A stretch of DNA of 64,000 nt from Eledone cirrhosa (taxonomy: Eukaryota). A program made the translations under genes and the position numbers. The notes below the pieces were generated by a model. It ran no database searches. It was not told where the DNA came from and saw only the letters and a program-made list of their open reading frames with translations. The stretch is taken from the NCBI GenBank assembly GCA_964016885.1, contig OZ024741.1:215450001-215514000 (forward strand). Reading direction: 5' to 3'. Shown here in pieces: positions 1 to 13,787 of the stretch. Position 1 is the stretch's first letter. Each line of letters begins with the position of its first letter.

Positions 1-153
1 CATGGATTATCTCCCTTTCAAAACCTGTCTAATGTTTAAGACACATTCTAACCAGCACTTTCCTAAAACGGCTGACTGTAGACACAGATGTTTTTCCACC
101 CGCCAAATATTTTTTCCGTTTCTTCCTCTTTTTACTCTCCTCTATCTTTATCA

Positions 154-187
154 ATTCTGATGAAGGACTAGCGTCCGAAACGTTAAT
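154..187 (+). ncRNA. Minimal type I hammerhead ribozyme in a short PLE-type terminal repeat
   Basis: att-CTGATGA-a-GGAC(tagc)GTCC-GAAA-CG-TT-aat. Palindromic stem III, 3-bp stem I, GUU triplet. Related copies at 58450-58485 and, with the core deleted, ~36036-36056 minus. Confidence 0.75.
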
Positions 188-296
188 AATCTTTTCCTAC
201 TATATCAAGCGTTAAACTAACCTGTATCGTCATTTTACTCTATTGTTTTCCATTTACTTTTCGGATACATACACGCACAAACACGCACACACATAC

Positions 297-330
<34 letters not shown>

Positions 331-529
331 ATGCATAAATATGTATATGTATGGGGTAATTATGTATGTAATATATTAAATGTAAAGTATTTTTAACAGT
401 TTGTGTTTTTCTTTTATAAACGGCTAAACTCTCTCTGTCTCTCCCCCCTCCTTTTTCTCCCCTCCCTCTCTCTCTCTCTCTCGCTTTCATGATGGAATTA
501 CTTACAGGTTGCTACATGATGAACAAAAC

Positions 530-1083
530 GGTGGCGGTGTCGGTGACACGGGCAGTGGAGATAGTGGTGGTGGTAGTGGTGGTGGTGGTAGTGGCAGTGT
601 CTATGGTGTTGGTGGTAGTGATGGTAATGGTAGTCGCATTGGTGGTGGCAGTGTCGATGGTGTTGGTTGTAGTGGTGGTGGTAGTGTTGGTGGCGTTGGT
701 GGTAGTGGTGGTAGTGGTGGTTGGTGGTGTTGGTGGTATTGGCGGTAGTGGTAGTGGTGGTGGTAGTGTCTTTGGTGGTGGTGGTAGTGGTGGTGGTGTC
801 GATGGTGTTGGTGGTAGTGGTGGTGGTGCTGGTGCTGGTTGTAGTGGCGGTAGTGGTAGTGGTGGTAGTGATGGTGGTATTGGTTGTGGTAGTGGTGGTG
901 ATAGTAGTGCTGATGGTCTTGGTGGTAGTCGTGTTGGGGTAGTGGTGGTGGTAGTGCTGATGGTCTTGGTGGTAGTCGTGTTGTGGTAGTGGTGGTGGTA
1001 GTGTTGATGGCGTTGGTGGTAGTGGTGGTGGTGGTAGTGGCAGTGTTGGTGGTGTTGGTGGTAGTGTTGGTGGTGGTGGTGGG
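530..1083. repeat. Degenerate (GGT/GTA)n low-complexity tract
   Basis: Trinucleotide-based, with phase shifts near 721 and 937. It produces the spurious Val/Gly ORFs. Confidence 0.9.
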
Positions 1084-1477
1084 GATGGTCAGAGGCGAGG
1101 AGATGAAATTTCCATCAGCTTCTTTCGAGGCTTTCTTGTGATTTTACATTAAAACACGTAACTGAGAAATCGGAGAAAAATGAGAAAGAAGCGGCGGGCG
1201 GGATAGAGGAGCGGAGGAGCAGAGGAGGTACATAAGACGTGGTTGTTGGAAAGGTGGACAGGAAGGTGTAAAGAGGCTGAGGGTGGTGGCTGATGGTGGA
1301 TTTGAATGGTTTCAGGAGATAGATTTTGTAAGTAATGTCCAAATGTATTGCTAAAATGACTGCAGTTATTTGCACGAAAACAATCTCTCTCGCTCCCTTG
1401 CTCTCAGTCTCTCTCTCTCTCTCTATCTGTCTGTCTATAACTCACTTTCTCTCTCACTCTCACTTTTTCTCACACCT

Positions 1478-1556
<79 letters not shown>

Positions 1557-1677
1557 GACACACACATACACTCATACACTCTCAGCCCCACAATCTCACA
1601 CACAATCTCTCTCTATCTCTCTCTCTCTTCTCACACACACACATTCCTCACTCATTCTCTCTCCTCTCACACACTCT

Positions 1678-1984
<307 letters not shown>

Positions 1985-2112
1985 CTCTCTCTCTCCTTTA
2001 CTGGGAGAAGTCGACTATATTCTACCCGAAGAGACACTGCTAGGTTTAATGTGCTCAAGTCACGCCAAATACCACGACTGCCCCAGTACGACTCAATCAA
2101 GAGGTACTGGTC

Positions 2113-2278
2113 CATACATACATATAAACATACCTACCTACATACATACATACATACATACATACATACATACATACATACATACATACATACATACATA
2201 CATACATACATACAGCTAGATAGACAGACTTACACACATACATAGCTGCATACATACATGCATGCATATATACATAAA

Positions 2279-2312
<34 letters not shown>

Positions 2313-2590
2313 CGTACATACATACATACATACATACATACATACATACATACATACATACAGCTAGATAGACAGACTTACACACATACATAGCTGCATA
2401 CATACATGCATGCATATATACATAAATACATACATACATACATACATACATACATACATACATACATACATACATACATACATACAGCTAGATAGACAGA
2501 CTTACACACATACATAGCTGCATACATGCATGCATGCATATATACATAAATACATACATACATACACACATACATATATACGTACATACA
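2113..2590. repeat. (TACA)n compound microsatellite with a three-fold repeated ~60-bp spacer
   Basis: gctagatagacagacttacacacatacatagctgc recurs at ~2215, ~2362 and ~2487. Confidence 0.9.
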
Positions 2591-2690
2591 TCTTGGATTT
2601 GGGGACAAAGAGCGCAGCTCCCTAATTCATAGTCTACAAATGTCTGCGATAGCTGGCACCTTTAAATTTTGCAAAACCTTCTTGCGATTC

Positions 2691-3205
2691 AAGGGATGAC
2701 AATTTCTTTTCTTTTACAACCGTGCCACCAGGAAGGTGGCCGGTCAAAAAAATATACTCGAAATTAAGAGAAAGAGATAACATACAAACATATATACATA
2801 CATATTTATATACATAAACAAGGGATGACAATTTCTTTTCTTTTACAACCGTGCCACCAGGAAGGTGGCCGGTCAAAAAAATATACTCGAAATTAAGAGA
2901 AAGAGATAACATACAAACATATATACATACATATTTATATACATAAACAAGGGATGACAATTTCTTTTCTTTTACAACCGTGCCACCAGGAAGGTGGCCG
3001 GTCAAAAAAATATACTCGAAATTAAGAGAAAGAGATAACATACAAACATATATACATACATATTTATATACATAAACAAGGGATGACAATTTCTTTTCTT
3101 TTACAACCGTGCCACCAGGAAGGTGGCCGGTCAAAAAAATATACTCGAAATTAAGAGAAATAGATAACATACAAACATATATACATACATATTTATATAC
3201 ATAAC
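2691..3205. repeat. 129-bp tandem repeat, 4 near-identical copies
   Basis: aagggatgacaatttc starts at 2691, 2820, 2949 and 3078. Each unit contains the hairpin gccacc-aggaa-ggtggc. Confidence 0.95.
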
Positions 3206-3594
3206 CAAACCTGCTACACCCGATGAAACTTTCATAATTAGAAGCTGGCTCATGATAGAGACATCAACCCTTACCGTCTGTGTGATTCAATAATTTGGTA
3301 GAATTTGAACTGAGAACACGAAGGTTCGGAACAGATACTGTTACAAGAAATCTCCTCCAACGCTCTAAATTGTCCACCAATCCACCACCACGATCTCTTT
3401 ACTCTAGGTGTACTTCATTTTCTACCCCTCGAATGGATGAAAAACAAATTTCGTTTCAGTAGAGGTAGATCGGCCATAATATTCTAGACGTCATCTCGAT
3501 ACAGTATTTCTTAAAGTTAAAGCAGGGGAGATGATTGTGCTAGGAAAATATCTATTCACACGTTTCTGCTCTATCAGAGTTATATTAGAGTTAA

Positions 3595-3624
3595 ACAAGG
3601 ACAATAACAACAACAACAACAACA

Positions 3625-3686
<62 letters not shown>

Positions 3687-4070
3687 CACTGCTGCTGCTG
3701 CTGCTACTGTTTCTACTACTATGACAACAACATACGCAACAAGAACAACACAATTACAACTACAACAATATGTGCAACAAGAACGACAATAAAAACACAA
3801 TAACAACACAACAACAAATACAACTACAATAACTCCGACATATGCTACAAGAACAACAATAACACAACTACAACTATATCAACACCTTACAACACGTGCA
3901 ACAACAACAACAACAACAACACAATTACAGCTACAACAACAACTACAACATATGCAACAAGAACTATAATAATAATAATAAGAAGAACATCAACAACAAC
4001 AATAACAACAACAATGTTTACAAGAAACGCAAAAGCGACAACAATAATAACAACTTCAACAACAAATACT
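3595..4070. repeat. (CAA)n/(TAC)n low-complexity tract
   Basis: Directly visible. Confidence 0.9.
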
Positions 4071-4845
4071 AATGTTTAAAAATATTTTTTCAGTTATTTA
4101 CAATGAAAAGAAAAATGAAGATGAAAAATAAGGCAGGAAAGTGCCTCCAACTACACCCCTGCTTCTTAAAAAAATATAAATAAACTATAGAACGTTTTTC
4201 TGGGCTTTGTTATAAAACAGTAGAAAATATCTGAAAATAATTATGGTATTTTTTTACTTAAAGGAACAAACTCCTTTTAAACAATTATGTTTCTGGCTAG
4301 AGGCGAAATTTCATATAATTGAAACGCGTCCGGTATCGGCGAGGAAAGTTTTTTAATCTGAGATAACAACGATATAGCCCACAGCATTTATAATGTAAAG
4401 AAATATCCCTATCAGGATAATATTTAGTATTTTACTACAAAACTTGTTTTACCAGCGGCCATCTTGCATCGGCTGCGTCATTGGAAAATAGGATTCTTCG
4501 TAGCCGTAGACATTGCCATATCTGGTCGATTTTTATTTACAGATACACAAATTATCAAATAACTAGGTAAGACTATATAGATATATATATATGCAAAAAG
4601 CGCAGAGGAGAACACTCGCCTTTCTTTTAGCATTATATATACATATATATATATATATGTTTGGGGTGTATATATATGTGTATGTGTGTGTATATTCGTG
4701 TGTGTTGTGTGTGTGTGTTGTTGTGCGCTTGTATGTGTTTGTGTGCGTATATGTGTATGTGTATATATGAATAGGTGTGTGCGCGCATCTATTCATCTAT
4801 CTATAACACTATCTATATATCTATCCATCTATCTATCTATCTATC

Positions 4846-4903
<58 letters not shown>

Positions 4904-4954
4904 CATTTATCTATCTATCTATTACATTTGTGATAACATTTTACACGTTTTTAT

Positions 4955-5020
4955 TGTATGTAAACTTCCTCCTTTGTATTTGTCCCCTTCTTTTGTGCCC
5001 CTGTGGTTAATAAAGAAATA
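4955..5020 (+). mobile_element. Short 3'-end fragment related to the Tx1-type LINE, within (ATCT)n
   Basis: cccctgtggttaataaagaaat matches the LINE 3' end at ~28277-28298. Similar fragments at ~30200-30262 (+) and ~54706-54766 (-). Confidence 0.6.
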
Positions 5021-5071
5021 TATCTATACATATCTCTATCTGTCCTTCCATCCATCTATCTATCTACCTAC

Positions 5072-5168
<97 letters not shown>

Positions 5169-5519
5169 GTCGTCTCTGCCATGAACCCATGCCAACAATC
5201 GATATATTACGACGCTTCTCATAGATTTATACTTTTTCAGTTCAGTCATGCGTTAAAGTTTCTGGCCTGATGTTTGAATAACTAGCAGAAAATTACAGCA
5301 GGCTGTTATTCCTCCTTGGAATCACACATCCATTTTATCAATCGAAGCAAAATAGGCAATATAATATAAACACACAAACACACAAACACACAAACACACA
5401 CACACAGAAACATCTTATACACACACATACACACACAAACACATTACCATTATCACCATTGTCATCAACACACACAGACATATATCTGTATATATATATT
5501 ATATATACATATATATATA

Positions 5520-5654
<135 letters not shown>

Positions 5655-5679
5655 GTATTCATATATATTTATATGTATG

Positions 5680-5754
<75 letters not shown>

Positions 5755-7700
5755 GTATATTTATATATATATACATTTACCATGTCAACATGTTGAGGTA
5801 ATTTATCACAGAGGATCATTTTCTCCGCTGTTACCTTTTATTAACCGGAGGAGGTTGTGGCGTTGGTGGAGTCTAGACGTGGATGGCAGCGGTGGTGGAA
5901 GTGAAAGATAAACGTCGAAGTGTTCGTTCTAGTATGAGAATGAAATAAGTGTGGTGAAATATCACTTTAGTTCTGATATAATCATCACATAAATTTTGAA
6001 CAAACCACTACACACGTTGATGTGAAATAAAGTCATTCAAACTACAAGATATTTCAATAAACATTTGTTCAAACAAACTTTCTACTTGCCATTTGAGAAC
6101 TAGAGATGTTCAGTTTCGAATCACAGCCTATATGCGATGGTCTTTTGTAATTTCCATTACACAATTCCACTTAAAAGACATTTGTGAACTTCAGCTGTCC
6201 AAATTGCGGTGAATGGCTGACTGATAAAATGAAAAGTCAGTCAAACATATTGGTGACCTCCTCACAGCCCGGAATAGAGAAGGCGTTTCACGGAGGACGG
6301 CAAAGGAAACGCGCTGGAAAAGTCACTCCAAATCGCGGGGCTCAAACCTGCGGCTGGCCAGCTCAGCGCTATGGTATTTTATTATCCGCGTTATTAGTAC
6401 CAAAACCAATGGATGCCACAACAGATTTTCTTCCGGCTAAAACATAAATATAAATAGGGAAGATAAATATTTATTAACATGAGGGCGCGTAACATTGTGG
6501 AAAGGCTATTGTGTGAACGATTAAATGATCATAGTTTCGGTTCTGAGATAGGATAACGCGTTGCTAGATTTATCAACAAATGTCAACATTGAACAAAAGA
6601 AGAAAAAATGTCCACTGTTCTAGAACATATTTGTTTTCATGTTTTGAGTTTTGTTTCTCTCTATCCATTTGTACCTTTGCGGTGCCGCAGAAGAAGAAAG
6701 AGCCGCCGTCATGAGGCGAGATTGGAAGTCCTGTTATGGCAAAAGGCCACCCGATGACAGGGTTCGCCTGGCCTCATCAGTCTGTCTCTTCCTAGGTCGG
6801 CCTCTTGTCTTGTAAATAGGCGCCATTGTGTTATATGTGGGATGTCTAACGTTATGAAGGGCGATCAACAGCAAACAAAAGTTATTTATACCTGTCGAAA
6901 GGCATCTCGGCGTTAAAGTCCACTTTCCCACTGCATTTACTTCGCTAATATTCGAAGAAAATGGCATGAACGCCACAACGTGTAATAATCATTGCAGTAA
7001 AGTATGTAGAATACGTTTAGTTTTATTTAACAAGCATCATATTATCAAGATACCTCGAGTTTCCGCCTTGCTTCTTTTATAATATTTGTGTTTCTCGGAG
7101 GCGAAATAAGCTGCCTTCGCCTAATGCTAAATTACACATGCGCACATCTAGAAAGAACTCCCTTCAGCTGTTGCTTGGATGCCATTTGCCCTTTAGATAT
7201 CTTTTATCTGTTGTTGGTGTTTTTTTTATTTGTATTTTTTATGACAATAGCGTTTGTACTTAAGATTATCTGCAATACCAAATCCTGCTATTTGAAAACG
7301 GAAATTTTTCTATTCACCTTTTAAGTTCTTTATACATCCCCTACACAAAAGTATCGATGCAAATTAAACGTCTTTTCACCTGCTTTATCTACTCGTCGTT
7401 TTAGTTAGTAGAACGCTTAGATGTTCTTATGACATGACATTAGACATAAGCGAGCTAGCCAGCTCCCAGCAATGTAGTTTCGATTTTCGCTAGAGGCTAA
7501 TTGAAAATATCTTATACTTTCTATTGAACACGAATAGGTGGGGAGTACAAATGACTGCTACTGTAGCCGCGAGTTGGCCAAAGACTTCTGAGTGAAATTT
7601 GGTAGACGGAAAATACAGTAGCCTGCCATATATAGACTTACATATAATGCTTTGTAATATAGGTGCATGGTCACAGATTACATCTATCCTGCATATTTAA

Positions 7701-8094
7701 CCATTTGGTTGCCGTGTATTTAATAGAAGACACTACCTATCGTTTTCAATTAAGTTTTAAAATAATCAAAACTGTGGATGTATTTAGTAATATATAATAT
7801 ATCTTTGTTATTTTTAAGCTGATGTTTCGAACATAACAAAGATTCTTGCATAAAATTATAATGGAAGGGTTTTAGATAAATATGCACAGTTTAACCCTTA
7901 CATTATTATATTCCTAATTATTTTCAAGTAGTTGTCACTTTAGGCTTAGCATCAAATAGTTAAGCGGATGTTTTGTACAAAACTTAAAGTTTGTGACGGA
8001 ATGTTTTTTTTAAATTTAAATATGAACGCTTTAAAACGAACAGTAATGTATCATAAGGTCAAAGGTGATTTCATATAAGTTGGTATCAAAAGGG
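7701..8094. mobile_element. piggyBac-like MITE
   Basis: TTAA on both sides (7697-7700, 8095-8098) and degenerate TIRs ccatttggttgcc / ggtatcaaaaggg. Related ends at 12407/13162, ~46635 and ~46832. Confidence 0.5.
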
Positions 8095-8339
8095 TTAAGC
8101 TACACTGGAGGGATAAAATCTATGTAACGCTCGGCGCCATTTTGAAATCAAAGTCGACAAAACTCTATCGTACAAAGCAATTAGCCTGTGTCTCTATCAC
8201 AACAGCCGCAGCACCACTTTTTCTTTTTACTACATTGCTAATATTATTATTGTTTTCCTGCTAAATCACATTCAGATAATTTACGCTTATCTCTTCGTAA
8301 TGATATTTCAGGATTTTGTTTTTGATTTGTACGGTTTTC

Positions 8340-8448
8340 TTATTTTTTTATTTTATTTTATTTTATTTTATTTTATTTTATTTTATTTTATTTTATTTTA
8401 TTTTATTTTATTTTATTTTATTTTATTTTATTTTATTTTATTTTATTT
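8340..8448. repeat. (ATTTT)n microsatellite
   Basis: Directly visible. Confidence 0.95.
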
Positions 8449-9204
8449 GATCTACTCTTTTCTTTTTATGATATTTACATTTACAATGAATTTCGTAATT
8501 ACTAAAAATTTCTCTCCAAAGAATTGTTTGTTTCTTAATATAGCTATTAAACGTTACCACCTCTATCTTTTTAACGACCCCATTTCGAGGAGAAATCGAA
8601 GACATTTGCAATATTTCAAATGATAAAGGTCACTTAGCTAGAACGTTCTCACGAGATTAGTTAAAATAAATCACTATTTATTTCTTTATTGCTTTCTATC
8701 ATTTGTGCACTACTAAATACCTTTTGTGTCGATTAATGAACTATAATGGCGACTGACTATTTTTTATCGCAATTACACAAGGTATTGCTATTGCGCATGC
8801 GTACCAAAACCTAACAAAAATAACAAATAATATTAAACAAAAAAGCAAGGAAGAAAGAAAAACAAAGAAAAATGAAAGAAATACAAACGAAGCACAAATA
8901 AATATTGGTTCGTTGCAAGGTTCCTGTGATGGCAATGCTTAAAACCTAAAAACGTTTTATTGCTGTATTATATTATATGTACGTAATTATACTCTTGTTG
9001 ATTGTAACACAGCAGTAGAAGTAAAGATGCTTTTGTAAAGTTCTGAATCAACAAATTTAGTTTCGACTCCCGCTTGTAATACTAAGTGTTATACTTCATA
9101 TATAACTTAGAGCCCCACTGCTGACACTTGTTTATATTCGCGACCCCTTCCACTCAAAGAAAGGTTTCAGCGACCTTTCATTAGTGCTGTAAAGCCAATT
9201 AATA

Positions 9205-9505
9205 CAGATACTGTATAGAAATTGTACTAATTATGTAGTGATATGGTAATAATACTATATAGAAATGGCACCAATACTGTATCAAAATGGTACTAATACT
9301 GTATCAAAATGGAACTAATACTACAGAGAAATGCTACTAATACTTTATAGAAATAGTACTATTACTGTATAGCAATGGTACTAATACTGCAGTGAAATGG
9401 TACTAATACTGTATATAAATGGGACTCATGCCTTATAGAAATGTTACCAATGGTGCTAATACTCAATAGAAATGATACTAATAATACATAACTACATAGA
9501 AATGG
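9205..9505. repeat. ~22-bp degenerate minisatellite (tactgtatagaaatggtactaa)
   Basis: Roughly a dozen diverged units. Confidence 0.85.
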
Positions 9506-10890
9506 CATTTTATCGACCCTGAAGGATGAAAGGCAAAGCTAATGTCGGCGGGATTTGAACATGGTATACAACTCTCTATAGATAGTGCCAATCCAACGCT
9601 TGAAACCTTAATTCTAATAATAGTTCATAATTTAGGCACAAGACCAACAAACCCAACCAGTGTGTTACTGGTACTTTACTTTATCGACCCCCATAAAGAT
9701 GAAAGGTAAAACTAACCTCGGCGGGATTCGAACTCAGAACGTAAGGAGTAAGAGAACAAATAATTCTAAGACGTAACTATATCCCTTTAGCATTTAAAGC
9801 GGCTGTATCCGGCCAGAATTCTCTCACCTATTTCTGTTCAAACCGGATGTTACCGGTCGTTTATAAGGTATTGTTCTCAAAATATATAATATCAAAATCT
9901 CATAGATTTGATATTATGTGCGATAATTTTGTGAAGTAAAGCCTTTATACTGAAAATATAGTAGTAAATATAGAGTAATGTAAATGGTAAAGGGATATAC
10001 CGCAAAGGCCAAATCTTCTGTCCGACGCTCTACCAATACGGCCAATCCACTGCCCTACCCTTAATAATACTATTGTTTCTGATTTATGTACAAGGCCAAC
10101 AATTTTTTGGGGAAAGGGAAGGTTGATTAAATCGAACCCATTGCGTCACAGGTGCTTTACTTTATTGACTCCGTAAGGATGAAAGGCAAAGATAACCGCG
10201 GCGGGATTTGAACTCAGAACGTAAAAGGCCGTAACCATACACTGCAAGGTGATACCAATGGTCCGACGGTCTACCGATGTTGCCAATTCCCCTCTCCGAC
10301 CTTAATCCTAATAATGGCTTCAGATTTTAGCATAAGGCCAACAATTTTGTTTGCGGGGGTCGAATAAATCGGCCCCAGCGCGTTGTAAGTTTGAAAGGCA
10401 AAGCTAACCTGGAAAGGATTTGAACTCAAAACGTAAAGGGCTGTAACTATACACCGCAAAGGCGATACCTATTGTCCGACACTCTACCGAATTTGTCCAT
10501 CCACCGCTTTACTGGTGATTTATTTATCGACCCCGTAAGGATGAACGGCTAAGCTAACATCGGTGGGATTTGAAATCAGAACATAAAGAGCCGTAACTCT
10601 ATGCCGTAAATAATTAATGTCCGACGTTCTACCGATGTTTCCAATCCACCCTTAATCCTAATTTTGATTTCTGGTATAAGCACAAGGCCAGCAATTTTGG
10701 GGGGAAGGGAAAGTCGATTAAATCGACCCGAGTGTGTTACTGGTACTTTATTTTATCGACCCCGTAAGGATGAAAGACAAAGTTAACTTCAGCGGGTTTT
10801 GAACTCAGATTATAATGGGCCGTAACTCTATGCTGCAAAGCCTGGTGTCCGACTCTCTAACGATACAGCCAATCCACCGCTCTACCCTTA
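9506..10890 (-). mobile_element. Head-to-tail cluster of ~6-7 tRNA-derived SINE copies
   Basis: Repeated ttttatcgaccccgtaaggatgaaaggcaaagttaacctcggcgggatttgaactc, the reverse of B-box GAGTTCAAATCCC plus the core. All copies share one orientation. Confidence 0.9.
9783..9994. mobile_element. MITE nested in a SINE
   Basis: TIR ccctttagcattta / taaatggtaaaggg (13/14 match), ATAT on both sides, and SINE sequence resumes across the insertion. Confidence 0.75.
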
Positions 10891-11423
10891 ATCGTAATAA
10901 TAAGAAGAAACTTAATTTCTTCCACTACTGCCAATTACTTTATTATCTTTCCTAGTGGCTATATACTTCAATTGAACGCTCAAACATCGTGTGTATTATA
11001 CTTAATCAAATCTGTTTTCTCAAGAATATTTCTACAGTAGATTTACGCTTCATCTATTTCCTTCCCTACCTCTCGAGTATTTCATTATTCAACTCCATAA
11101 TTACATAGCAGGCAGTTCTCTGGCTCAGCTCCAATATCTTACAGTACAGTAAAATGTTCTGTTTTGTTGTTGTCTCTGTTGTTGTTGTAGTTGTTGTTGT
11201 TGTTGTTTTAACATCTTATGTTAGAAAGGATGACGAAATGAAAGGTTCGTTAAACCTAAAAACAACGTAAAGTAAAGAAATGAAAGAATAAATAAGTAGA
11301 TGGATAAATAAAATTGAAATGTTTTAGGATAAGTATGGACTGGTAAAACGGGAAATGGCTAAGAAAATCGACCAGATAAATATTTAATTCGTTGATGTAT
11401 CTACAAGAATATTTTGCTATATA

Positions 11424-11497
<74 letters not shown>

Positions 11498-11508
11498 TAG
11501 ATATATGT

Positions 11509-11544
<36 letters not shown>

Positions 11545-11599
11545 TTATATATATATATATAAATATATAGGATAAACAAGCGAAATTCCAGGGTATCAT

Positions 11600-11790
11600 A
11601 ATTATTTCTACTTTTTGGCACAAGGCCACCAATTATCCCAGCGCAATTACTGGTACTTTATTTCATCGTCCCCGTAAGGATGAAGGGCAAAGTTAACCTC
11701 GGCGGGATTTGAACTCAGAATGGCAAGGGACGTAACTCTTTGCATCAAATCATGGCGTCCGACCCTCTACCCATACTGCCAATCCACCAA
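11600..11790 (-). mobile_element. tRNA-derived SINE
   Basis: Same family core and B-box as 48233-48452. Confidence 0.9.
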
Positions 11791-12814
11791 AATTATTTAT
11801 GGTGTTAAATGGTCACAGGTCCGAACTGCTCAAACAGGATCTTAAATGAGAGGTTTTCCATCTATGACTATCACAATGTTTTCATATCAAACATAATTTA
11901 TTCACTTTTTCATGACTGTTTCTGGTTTACAATATGTACATCGTCTCCCTGTGTATATCTTTTTTTTTTTTTTTGTTAATAAGGAGATGGTATATCTAAA
12001 CGTCCAGTTTAGAACGGATATGCTTTGTCCCTGTGTTTTGTAAAAGGCATCAAAGAGGATTGACATCCAGGTCTACAACCATTCATCAAAAAAGGATCCA
12101 TGATGGGCATGAAACTTATCATGGTAACCATACTATTAACTTCTGCCTTAGCAGAGAAAATGGCCTGGAGATACTTTTTTTTGTGTTCTATATTTTATAT
12201 AGTATTATATTATCAGATGTGCTATTCTTCCTTTTAAGATGTGATTTAAGTGTGATTTGAGCGAGATTTGGCTACTCTATTCATAAAGCCGAGATACCAA
12301 GTAGAGACGACTCTTTTGCTAATTTCATGCTGTAGTGGTTATTGTTCAGGTATACGAAAATTTAATATCTTTACACAAAATATTCTTTCATAACGTTAAG
12401 GATTAACACTTTTGATACCAACCCAAGAAATACAGGCTCGGGTTCTGTGTAAGAAAACTACCCATTTTAAAGGGTTCCCATTTAAATTAAAGTATAATCA
12501 TCATCATCATCATCATCATCATCACCGTTTTACGCCCGTTCTTCCACGCTAGCTTGGGTTAGACGGGTTGTCCTGTTGTGGGCAGTGTCTGGTCGGCTGA
12601 CCTTGTCTTGCTCATACTGGAACTGATCTCAACAACATTTTATATAAGCACCTGATGTTATTTCTGTCTGTGGAGCACGACGGAATCACTACACAGACTG
12701 TGGGGTAGAGTCTGTGCTTCCATCCTACTCTCCCTTTCCTTCGATTCTAAGTCTCTTTTATTTTTCTTATTCTCCTTTCCTTTGCTTGTTCCATTCAAAT
12801 ATCATTATTTTTTC

Positions 12815-12992
12815 ACAGTATCGGTAGAGGGTCGGGCGCCATGCTTTCTAGCATAGTTATGTCCCTTTATGAACTGAGTTCAAATCTCGCCCAGGTTAAC
12901 TTTGCCTTTCATCCTTATGGGGTCGATAAAATATAGTACCAGTAATGTACTGGTGAATTGCTGGCCTTGTGCCCAAAAGCAGAACCAATTAT
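12815..12992 (+). mobile_element. tRNA-derived SINE
   Basis: cagtatcggtagagggtcgg...gagttcaaatctcgcc...ggggtcgataaaat...gccttgtgcc. Confidence 0.9.
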
Positions 12993-13344
12993 TTTTTCAA
13001 CGTAAGATTTATAATTCTTACATAATAAAATAGACATTAAGCAATAATTTAAACGTTTATTATCATAGTAATGAAATAATTCATAATTTTAGTACATACC
13101 TCAGAAATTCTTTAATTAATTAAAATAGTATATATTTCATTAGAAATATGGTCACGAAGAGGTTAAATGTTTCCTATTTGAACTAATATCTTTCAACGTA
13201 ATTTTATATAAGAATCATATATTAAGTTATAATCTTAGTAATGAAATAATTAAAAGTTATAGTAAATCCATAAATATTTCTTCATTGATTAATTGAAGTA
13301 GAGTGTATTTCGTTAGAAATACGGCCACGAATGTGTTACAATTG

Positions 13345-13787
13345 GACTAATGGATTGGTAGAATCCTGGTAATTGTTTTGGTGAACTTTGCCTTTCAAGT
13401 TTCAGGTGGTCGATAAAAATGTACCAGTCAAATACTGAGGCCAATATAATCGATTTCCGCCCACCGACATACAGAAATTACTTAATATAATTGTTTCTTC
13501 TTTAGGCACAAGGCCAGCAATTACCCAGTGCATTACTGGTACTTTATTTTATCGACCCCGTAAGGATGAAAGGCAAAGTTAACCAATTAAACATAAAGTC
13601 GGTGGATTGGCAGTGTCGGTAGAGGGTCTGACACCCTGCTTTACAGCAAAGAGTTACGACCCTTAATGGTCTGAGTTCAAATCCCGCCGAAGTTAACTTT
13701 GCCTTTCCTCCTCACGGGTGCGATAAAATAAAGTACCAGTAATGCACTGGGTAATTACTGGCCTTGTGCCAAAAGTAGAAACAATTA
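13345..13787. mobile_element. Three SINE pieces, including an inverted pair (13490-13585 minus, 13600-13787 plus)
   Basis: ggcacaaggccag...ttatcgaccccgtaaggatgaaaggcaaagttaac and its reverse complement lie ~110 bp apart. Confidence 0.85.

Noticed and set aside
506-1161. Possible minus-strand exon (polypyrimidine-CAG acceptor near 1162, GTAAGT donor at 505-500) encoding a Pro/Thr-rich repeat
   Set aside because: All three frames hit stops within ~50 nt of the acceptor and the repeat shifts phase twice. It needs RNA evidence.
2634-3170. 178-aa ORF with 43-aa repeats, and the similar 156-aa ORF at 19247-19717
   Set aside because: By-products of tandem repeats with unit lengths divisible by three; no recognisable domain.
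2691-3205. CRISPR-like regular repeat with hairpin
   Set aside because: Units are identical throughout with no unique spacers, there are no cas genes, and the context is eukaryotic.
3215-3260. CCGATGA...AGAAG hammerhead-like strings here and at ~35199-35232
   Set aside because: No GAAA and no stem I pairing.
6745-6790. Minus-strand CTGATGAGGCCAGGCGAAC resembling an HHR
   Set aside because: GAAC instead of GAAA and no stem I. It lies in what reads as an RTE-like C-terminus (RGRPRKR).
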